A stretch of DNA of 64,000 bases from an uncultured Lachnospiraceae bacterium (GTDB taxonomy: Bacteria; Bacillota; Clostridia; Lachnospirales; Lachnospiraceae), in the NCBI GenBank assembly GCA_910578555.1, contig CAJTPS010000001.1, positions 94,108-158,107 on the forward strand, in the 5' to 3' direction. Of this stretch, positions 57,210-64,000 are shown piece after piece (the stretch's first letter is position 1; each line of letters opens with the position of its first letter). The translations under genes and the position numbers were made by a program. The notes below the pieces were generated by a model. That model had not been told where the DNA came from and ran no database searches. It worked only from the letters and a program-made list of their open reading frames with translations.

Positions 57210-58888
57210 AAACGGGAAAGGTATATCTGACAGGCGGCGGATGCGGGGATGCGGGGTTCTTGACCTTGAAAGCGCTGGATGTCCTGCGAGACTGCAGTGT
57301 CGTCGTCTACGACAGTCTGGTGCCGGAGGAGTTGTTAGAACTGACCAGAGCCGGCTGCGAAAAAATATATGTGGGCAAGCGGTACGGAAATCATGCCATG
57401 AAGCAGGATGGGATCAATGCCCTTCTGGTGCAGAAGGCGCAGGAGGGAAAGACGGTGGTCCGCTTAAAAGGCGGCGACCCTTATGTGTTCGGCAGAGGCG
57501 GTGAAGAATTTCTGGCGCTGCAGAAGGCGGGGATCTGCTGTGAGGAGATACCGGGGATATCCTCCGCGATCGCGGTTCCGGCGGCAGCAGGCATTCCGGT
57601 TACACACAGGGGACTTTCGGCGAGCGTTACGGTAGTCACGGGGACGGCGGCGGACACAGAGGGACAGGAACGCCTGCAGATGGATTTCGATACGCTGGCG
57701 AGACTGGACGGCACGCTGGTGGTTCTGATGGGGATGCACCATCTGCAGGAGATCGCGGACGGGCTCATAGCGGCAGGCAAAAGTCCGGATACGTCCTGCG
57801 CTGTGATTATGGAGGGAACGACGAAGCGGCAGAGATGTATGAGAACCGTGCTGTCAAGGCTTCCGGCGGAGGCTTCCTCACAAGGATTTACCGCGCCGGC
57901 AGTCATCGTGATCGGGGCGGTGACCGCGCTGGATCTGCGCGCCGGGAACGGAGAAATACCGGAAGAGCAGATGGCGAACAAGGCATGGCCGCATAAGAAA
58001 GTTACCGTGGGAGTCACAGGGACGCCGCATTTTGTACAAAAAATGTCGGCGGCGCTCGAAGCATTGAATATGCAGGCACGTGAAAGATACAGTGAAGAAG
58101 GCGCGGAAATGCCGGCGTGTGATGAGAGCACCTCAGCATGGATCGGCAGCTTTGCAATACGGGATATGGGATTTATGGAGATTCGACCCAATGATAAACC
58201 GCTTCCGGATATGAATGACTGCAGATGGCTTGTCTTTACCAGTCCAAACGGCGTTCGGGTCTTTATCGATAAGATGAAGCAGGAGCAAAAAGATCTGCGC
58301 ATACTTGCCGGGAAGAGAATAGCGGTTATCGGTCCGGGAACGGCGGCGGCGCTTGAGAATAACGGGCTGCTTGCAGATTATATGCCTGAGGCTTACGATG
58401 CGGCGCATCTGGCAGAGGGTCTGACACGGCGCATTCTGGCGGAGCGGCAGGCGGTTTTAGCGGCGGATCGGACGCAAGACACTGCGGGAGCATATGCGGC
58501 GCAGTGTGTGGATGGAGAGACTGCTCGGACCATGTTTCTGCGGGCGAAACAGGGGAGTGACCAGCTGCCCCGCATTTTCACGGAGCAGGATATCCCTTTT
58601 ACGGAGTATCCGCTCTATGAGCTGGGCATCCGGGAAGAAAAGCGTGCCGCAGTGATCCCACAGAGGCCGGACTATATTGTATTCGGGTCGGCTATGGGGG
58701 TGCGGGCTTATTTCGAGGGCATGGAAGCGGCAGGAATGTGTAATGAGAAGAGCCGCTGCGTTTGTATCGGTCCCATGTGCGCGGCGGAACTGAAGAAGCA
58801 TACGAAAAGGGAGTTCCTGGTTGCGAGGGATGCCGGTGTAGCGGCGGTTGTGGAGTGTTTGTACGAAGATGCCATAAAGAGGATGTAA
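57206..58888 (+). CDS. cobA: Uroporphyrinogen-III C-methyltransferase / uroporphyrinogen-III synthase fusion (CobA-HemD)
   Basis: RLKGGDPYVFGRGGEE, IPGISS, IPVTHRG; HemD half with FTSPNGV and VIGPGTA. Confidence 0.9.
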   Translation: MKTGKVYLTGGGCGDAGFLTLKALDVLRDCSVVVYDSLVPEELLELTRAGCEKIYVGKRYGNHAMKQDGINALLVQKAQEGKTVVRLKGGDPYVFGRGGEEFLALQKAGICCEEIPGISSAIAVPAAAGIPVTHRGLSASVTVVTGTAADTEGQERLQMDFDTLARLDGTLVVLMGMHHLQEIADGLIAAGKSPDTSCAVIMEGTTKRQRCMRTVLSRLPAEASSQGFTAPAVIVIGAVTALDLRAGNGEIPEEQMANKAWPHKKVTVGVTGTPHFVQKMSAALEALNMQARERYSEEGAEMPACDESTSAWIGSFAIRDMGFMEIRPNDKPLPDMNDCRWLVFTSPNGVRVFIDKMKQEQKDLRILAGKRIAVIGPGTAAALENNGLLADYMPEAYDAAHLAEGLTRRILAERQAVLAADRTQDTAGAYAAQCVDGETARTMFLRAKQGSDQLPRIFTEQDIPFTEYPLYELGIREEKRAAVIPQRPDYIVFGSAMGVRAYFEGMEAAGMCNEKSRCVCIGPMCAAELKKHTKREFLVARDAGVAAVVECLYEDAIKRM

Positions 58889-58974
58889 CTTGCGGGCTGC
58901 GTTTTATGAGCAACAGTTTTAGGGCATCGAATGGTATAATATAGTTATTAATATTATGGAGAGAGGGAGTAAAT

Positions 58975-59931
58975 ATGTACCGATTCAGAAGACTGCGCAG
59001 AGACGGGCGCATTCGTTCCATGATGCAGGAGACAAGGCTGCATCCGAAAGATTTCATCTATCCCGTCTTTGTGATAGAAGGGGAAAACATTAAGAATCCG
59101 GTGGCGTCCATGCCGGGAATCTATCAATATTCCATCGACCGTCTGGAAGAGATTATGGAGCAGATAAAAGAGGCGGGAATCGGCGGTATTATGCTTTTCG
59201 GGATTCCGCTGCACAAGGACCCGCAGGGAAGTCAGGCATATGCGGCGGACGGGATCACCCAGCGGGCAGTCCGTTATATCAAGGAAAACTATCCGGAAAT
59301 ATACATTGTAGTGGATATCTGTCTGTGTGAATATACTTCTCACGGGCATTGCGGTATGGTGTGCGGAGAAGAAATTCTAAATGATGAAACGCTGCCTTAT
59401 CTGGTGAATATGGCGGTGAGCCTTGCCGAAGCCGGAGCGGATATGGCGGCACCTTCCGATATGATGGACGGGCGTGTTGCGGCTATACGGGAAGGTCTGG
59501 ATCAGGCAGGATTTACACAGATGCCGATCATGGCTTACAGCGCCAAATTCGCGTCTGCTTATTACGGGCCTTTTCGCGATGCAGCGCATTCCGCACCGGG
59601 GTTTGGCGATCGCAGGAGCTACCAGATGGACTTTGCCAACGGGCAGGAGGCGCTCAGGGAGATCGCGGCGGATATCGAAGAGGGCGCGGATATTGTGATG
59701 GTAAAACCCGCGCTGGCATATCTGGATGTGTTAAGAGAGGCGGCGCTCACTTTTAAAGCACCGCTGGCGGTATATAATGTGAGCGGCGAGTATGCCATGG
59801 TGAAGGCGGCAGCCGCCAATGGGTGGATCGACGAGAAACGGATCGTAATGGAAAATCTGACAGCCATGAAGCGGGCGGGGGCACAGATCATCATTACCTA
59901 TCATGCGCTGGATGCGGTGAAGTGGTTATGA
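58975..59931 (+). CDS. hemB: Delta-aminolevulinic acid dehydratase
   Basis: RFRRLR, DICLCEYTSHGHCG, SDMMDGR, YGPFRDA, MVKPA. Confidence 0.97.
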   Translation: MYRFRRLRRDGRIRSMMQETRLHPKDFIYPVFVIEGENIKNPVASMPGIYQYSIDRLEEIMEQIKEAGIGGIMLFGIPLHKDPQGSQAYAADGITQRAVRYIKENYPEIYIVVDICLCEYTSHGHCGMVCGEEILNDETLPYLVNMAVSLAEAGADMAAPSDMMDGRVAAIREGLDQAGFTQMPIMAYSAKFASAYYGPFRDAAHSAPGFGDRRSYQMDFANGQEALREIAADIEEGADIVMVKPALAYLDVLREAALTFKAPLAVYNVSGEYAMVKAAAANGWIDEKRIVMENLTAMKRAGAQIIITYHALDAVKWL

Positions 59932-60022
59932 CATAAGGCTGCGATATCAACAGGCTGAATTTACCGGAAGTTTTCTGTGGAAGGACAGTATAGAACGGCA
60001 GCGGGAGTGGAGGACCGCAACA

Positions 60023-61288
60023 ATGATTACAACGAGGTCGGAACAACTTTTTAGAAAAGCAAAGACACTGATTCCCGGCGGAGTCAATTCTCCGGTACGG
60101 GCTTTTGCAGCAGTAGGCGGGCGGCCTTTCTTCGTGGAGCGGGCCGGGGGACCATGGCTCATTGATGCGGACGGCAACCGGTATCTGGATTATGTCTGTT
60201 CCTGGGGGCCGGGGATTCTGGGACATGCACACCCTAAGGTGATCGAGGCGGTGCGGCAGACCTGTGAGAAGGGTCTGACCTTCGGCACGCCGACTGCCGG
60301 AGAGGTGGAACTGGCGGAACTGATCTGTACCTGTGTGCCTAATGTCGAGATGGTGCGGTTAGTCAGTTCCGGAACCGAGGCTGTGATGAGTGCCGTGCGG
60401 GTGGCGAGAGGATATACAGGCAGAGATAAAATCATTAAATTTGCGGGCAATTACCACGGACACTCCGACGGTCTGCTCGTGAAGGCAGGTTCCGGGCTTA
60501 TGACGCAGTCGGTACCGGACAGCGCGGGCGTACCGGCAGGTTATGCGGCGGGCACACTGACGGCAGTATATAATGATGCAGAATCGGTGCGAAGACTGCT
60601 GGAAGAAAACAGAGGGCAGGTGGCGGCGGTCGTGGTGGAGCCGGTGGCAGCCAATATGGGCGTGGTGCCGCCGAAGGATGGCTTTCTGCAATTCCTGCGA
60701 GACATCGCGTCAGAGCATGGCGCGTTGCTGATTTTTGACGAGGTCATTACGGGATTCCGGCTGGCACTTGGCGGCGCCACAGAGTATACGGGAGTTGCGG
60801 CAGATCTGTACACCTTCGGCAAGATCGTTGGCGGTGGCATGCCGCTGGCGGCTTATGGCGGCAGGCGGGACATCATGTCCAGCGTGGCGCCTCTGGGACC
60901 GGTATATCAGGCGGGAACATTGTCGGGTAATCCCGTGGCAGTGACGGCGGGGATTACGACGCTGAAAATACTGATGGAAGATACGGAAATCTATGAACGG
61001 ATCGACAGAAGGGCAGCGAAGCTGGAGGCGGCTTTCCGACAGACGGGCCTGAGCGTAAACCGTGCAGGTTCGCTGCTTTCGGCATTCTTTACACCCGGCC
61101 GGGTAACGAATTATGAAGACGCATGTCGATGCGACAGAGCGGCTTTCGCGCACTATTTTAACAGGATGCTGGAGCGGGGAATCTATGTGGCGCCGTCTCA
61201 GTTTGAAGCTATGTTCGTATCGGATGCCCATTCGGATGAGCTGATTGACAAGACCTGTGAGGCAATTAGAGAGAGTGTGGAATCTTAG
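60023..61288 (+). CDS. hemL: Glutamate-1-semialdehyde 2,1-aminomutase
   Basis: PGGVNSPVRAF, SGTEA, DEVITGFR, FGKIVGGG, YQAGTLSGNP. Confidence 0.97.
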   Translation: MITTRSEQLFRKAKTLIPGGVNSPVRAFAAVGGRPFFVERAGGPWLIDADGNRYLDYVCSWGPGILGHAHPKVIEAVRQTCEKGLTFGTPTAGEVELAELICTCVPNVEMVRLVSSGTEAVMSAVRVARGYTGRDKIIKFAGNYHGHSDGLLVKAGSGLMTQSVPDSAGVPAGYAAGTLTAVYNDAESVRRLLEENRGQVAAVVVEPVAANMGVVPPKDGFLQFLRDIASEHGALLIFDEVITGFRLALGGATEYTGVAADLYTFGKIVGGGMPLAAYGGRRDIMSSVAPLGPVYQAGTLSGNPVAVTAGITTLKILMEDTEIYERIDRRAAKLEAAFRQTGLSVNRAGSLLSAFFTPGRVTNYEDACRCDRAAFAHYFNRMLERGIYVAPSQFEAMFVSDAHSDELIDKTCEAIRESVES

Positions 61289-61377
61289 ATTCCACACTCT
61301 CCCGGCCAATGGCACGGGGTGATCCACACCGCGCCGCATTATCAGTATAGTATCTTCCGCTGTTCCAAGGCATAGTG

Positions 61378-62375
61378 TTAAAAACTGTGCCCGCCGCCAC
61401 CGCCGCTGCTGCTTCCGCCGCCGCCACCGCCGCCACTGCTTCCGCTTCCGCCGCTGCTGACAGGATTGTAGGTGCTGCTTTCCCGGACGAAGAACGCCTT
61501 TGGCTGCGTATAATGAAACTGATTTTGTCCGTTACACAGAAGTTCCTTTCTGCCAGGTTTCCTGATTCTTGCGAAGAAACTTACCAGTCCATAGTTCAGC
61601 AGCAGAGCAAGGATGAGAGCAAGTAAGACATTGCTGATATATTTCATGGGCTGCGCGATTTTCTGCCCCTTCAGGAGCGTCAGAATCTGATCATATACCT
61701 GTGCCGCGCAGTCGTAGTAATCGCCGTTGGATGCATGGCGGTAAACATTGTCTGTGATCGTGTCGGCACTATTGTCTTAAAAGCCACATTTCCGTAGGCT
61801 GTGATCTCCTGCATCAGCGCGGCAAGATCCTGCATTTCCTCATCATCGAGAAGCAGTGCAGCCATAATAATCATAACAATGATAAATAGCAAGGCGTTGA
61901 GAGAGGTAGCCTTTATCATTCTCTCTGTTTTCCTTCTCCTTGATCCGGGTCATCTGGGAGGTGGAAACGATCGCGCAGACGAAAGCCAGCAGCGCAGACA
62001 GCATCAGAGTAACGCCGGGAGCATAGCCGATTCCGAAGCGGTACATTGGGGGCGTAAAGCTTTTTTCAGGTAAGGCGTATTTTTCTGATCCTTCACATGA
62101 TAGTGGGAACATACGCTGTCATCTGTCAGTTTGCTGAAGCAGTCCTCGGTCGCCAGTTTACAGGCGTCGTCTTCGTACACGTGGCTGTCCACATCGCTGA
62201 GATCTGCATAGAAGCCGCGGCGTCATAGGAAATCCCTTCATAAGAAGCCTCTATTTCGCTGACAATATTATAGTGCTTTGTGATCAGATAATCGCCTTCC
62301 TGATGACTTTCACTGCCGCGGAAGGTGATTTTTCCCTGATTCTCAAAAGAATAGATCCAGTAAGGCATATATATC
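61378..62375 (-). pseudogene. Mosaic of frameshifted/deleted fragments of a TPM-domain (DUF477-like) membrane protein locus
   Basis: Fragments in different frames: IYMPYWIYSF..., LDDEEMQDLAALMQEITAYGNVAFKTI, and a Gly/Ser-rich GGGGGHSF C-terminus; no continuous ORF. Confidence 0.6.
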
Positions 62376-63620
62376 CTAAAAGTAATCTGAAAAATATGCT
62401 TTCTCTACGGGAATGAGGCGTTCCAGCCATGTGAGCATATAGTATTCGGTCTGAATTTTCTCGTGTTCGTACAGATAGGAGGGCCTTTTGTAGCCCATCA
62501 GCATAGTCGTCAGCGTGTTGACTGACAGTTCTACCACGTTGATCGACTGGTTGTCATCGACGCGCCCGCAGATGGTCCTGCCGTCGTGCCATGAGACGAG
62601 ATAGTCACCCTCATTCCATGGCGCCATCTCATCATGCACCCTGAAATGAAGTTTGAGATCCTCGGGCTGTATCTGAAAAGGATAATCTGACAGGAATTCC
62701 CTGACATCTATAATCCGCGCCATGATATACGGCGAGATCGTCTCGGTGATTTCACTGTCTTCGAACAGATACGCCATCGGCTCGCCGGAATAATTGTCTC
62801 CCTGTACCTGGGTGATCATGGAGAAATGCGCGCTGATATAGTTCCAGAGCCCGTGATTGGCCTCTATATTTAAGTAGACCATTTCCTTGATGTGAAAAAT
62901 CTCATTTGCGATATAATATACCACATAACCAAGCGGTTTGTGCTCTTTGCTGTAATAGACCGCAGCGATGATATCTTCGTTGTCCCAGCGCCAGTATTCC
63001 TCCCATGCCAATGCATCGCGGATCAGCGCGCCGTGTTTCTGTAGAGCAAAATAGGAGTGTACATTACGATAATCCTCGGAATCCAGACTGACACGCTCGA
63101 CCATACCGTCCACGGGGATTGCTTTCGGAAGCTGTGTGTCTTTGACGGTAAAGGAGAGCTTGTCGGATACGATTTCCCAGCCCATCTTGCGGTAAAAAGG
63201 GATGGAGTAGGGGTAGAGAAAAGAAATCAGCATCTTCTGATCGTGTATGTAATTCAGCGCGCGCTCCATCAGGGAGTGAATCAGACCGCGGCCGGTGTAT
63301 TCCGGATAGGTGGCGACGCCGGTGATACCGCCCATATCCATGATTGTGTCGTGAATATTGACCTTCATGGAGTAGACGACGATCATGGAGGCCAGTTTGT
63401 CGTGATAGAACCATCCGATCACGTATGCTTCCTCCAGAATCGGACGTTTGGCATATTTGATCTCATCCTGTTCCCAGCCGGTCTGGAACAGATCGTAAGA
63501 AGTGACCTGAAAAGCATATTGTAACAAGGCATTAAACTGTTCCAGATCTCCCCGGTCCAGTTCCCGCATCTTAAATTCTCCGTCGGTTTCTAAATAAGTG
63601 TAAGTGTGATGCTCATCCAT
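62376..63620 (-). CDS. Eis-family GNAT acetyltransferase with C-terminal SCP2-like domain
   Basis: GITGVATYPEYTGRG, LYPYSIPFYRKMGW, MARIIDV, DEMAPWNEG, C-terminal SDYF. Confidence 0.9.
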   Translation of the reverse strand: MDEHHTYTYLETDGEFKMRELDRGDLEQFNALLQYAFQVTSYDLFQTGWEQDEIKYAKRPILEEAYVIGWFYHDKLASMIVVYSMKVNIHDTIMDMGGITGVATYPEYTGRGLIHSLMERALNYIHDQKMLISFLYPYSIPFYRKMGWEIVSDKLSFTVKDTQLPKAIPVDGMVERVSLDSEDYRNVHSYFALQKHGALIRDALAWEEYWRWDNEDIIAAVYYSKEHKPLGYVVYYIANEIFHIKEMVYLNIEANHGLWNYISAHFSMITQVQGDNYSGEPMAYLFEDSEITETISPYIMARIIDVREFLSDYPFQIQPEDLKLHFRVHDEMAPWNEGDYLVSWHDGRTICGRVDDNQSINVVELSVNTLTTMLMGYKRPSYLYEHEKIQTEYYMLTWLERLIPVEKAYFSDYF

Positions 63621-63644
63621 ATGAAAACTCCATTTCAAATGTTC

Positions 63645-64000
63645 TCAATCCGTAAAATATTTTGCGAATTTACCATCGTCTGCATCAAAGAAACAGAAGC
63701 CGACGATCCCGCGTCCGGTGTGCGCACCGATGGCACAGCCCACGACAGATACGACGGTCTTTTTCGGATGAAAGGCTTCCTGTACCATATTATTCACGAA
63801 ATTAAGGGAATCCATGTCTTCACCGTGACAGAGCGCGATCGTTTGCTGCCCGGGCTGATAGATATGTTCTTTGGCGTAGTCAATGAGATAGCGCAGCGAT
63901 TTCTTCCTGCCGCGGACAGTCTTGATGACGGCAAGTGCGCCCTCTTCATTTACGATCAGAACGGGTTTCATGTCCAGCGTCTCCGCCAGTGTACCCTTAA
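63645..64000 (-). CDS. DegV-family fatty-acid-binding protein, 3' part (5' end outside the window)
   Basis: MKPVL...KTVRGRKK...IGAHTGRG C-terminal DegV motifs; the frame is open to the window edge. Confidence 0.88.
   Translation of the reverse strand, partial: KGTLAETLDMKPVLIVNEEGALAVIKTVRGRKKSLRYLIDYAKEHIYQPGQQTIALCHGEDMDSLNFVNNMVQEAFHPKKTVVSVVGCAIGAHTGRGIVGFCFFDADDGKFAKYFTD

Overview
Chromosomal segment from a spore-forming, moderately GC-rich clostridial bacterium; gene content and order (prs, dnaC-like, dnaD, murC, glgCD, spoVG, pth, mfd, murF, ddl, spoVT) are most consistent with Lachnospiraceae. Accessory blocks are: a small island after mfd (truncated DUF6088-like gene, XRE regulator, WYL regulator, two uncharacterised proteins, a 34-aa microprotein); a peptide ABC operon with an M20 amidohydrolase; an ADP-ribosylglycohydrolase/ribokinase/BMP nucleoside-ABC locus with a LacI-PfkB fusion regulator; an 861-aa CoA-disulfide-reductase/rhodanese/siroheme-reductase/ferredoxin fusion next to a split siroheme biosynthesis cluster; and an Rpn-like nuclease gene with an internal in-frame start. 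Intergenic DNA carries at least three families of short structured repeats. The most striking is a 140-170 nt element (3 copies) with a covarying hairpin-loop pseudoknot that ends in a Shine-Dalgarno-like GGAG. No rRNA, tRNA or CRISPR array was recognised. All calls come from reading the sequence by eye; no searches were run.
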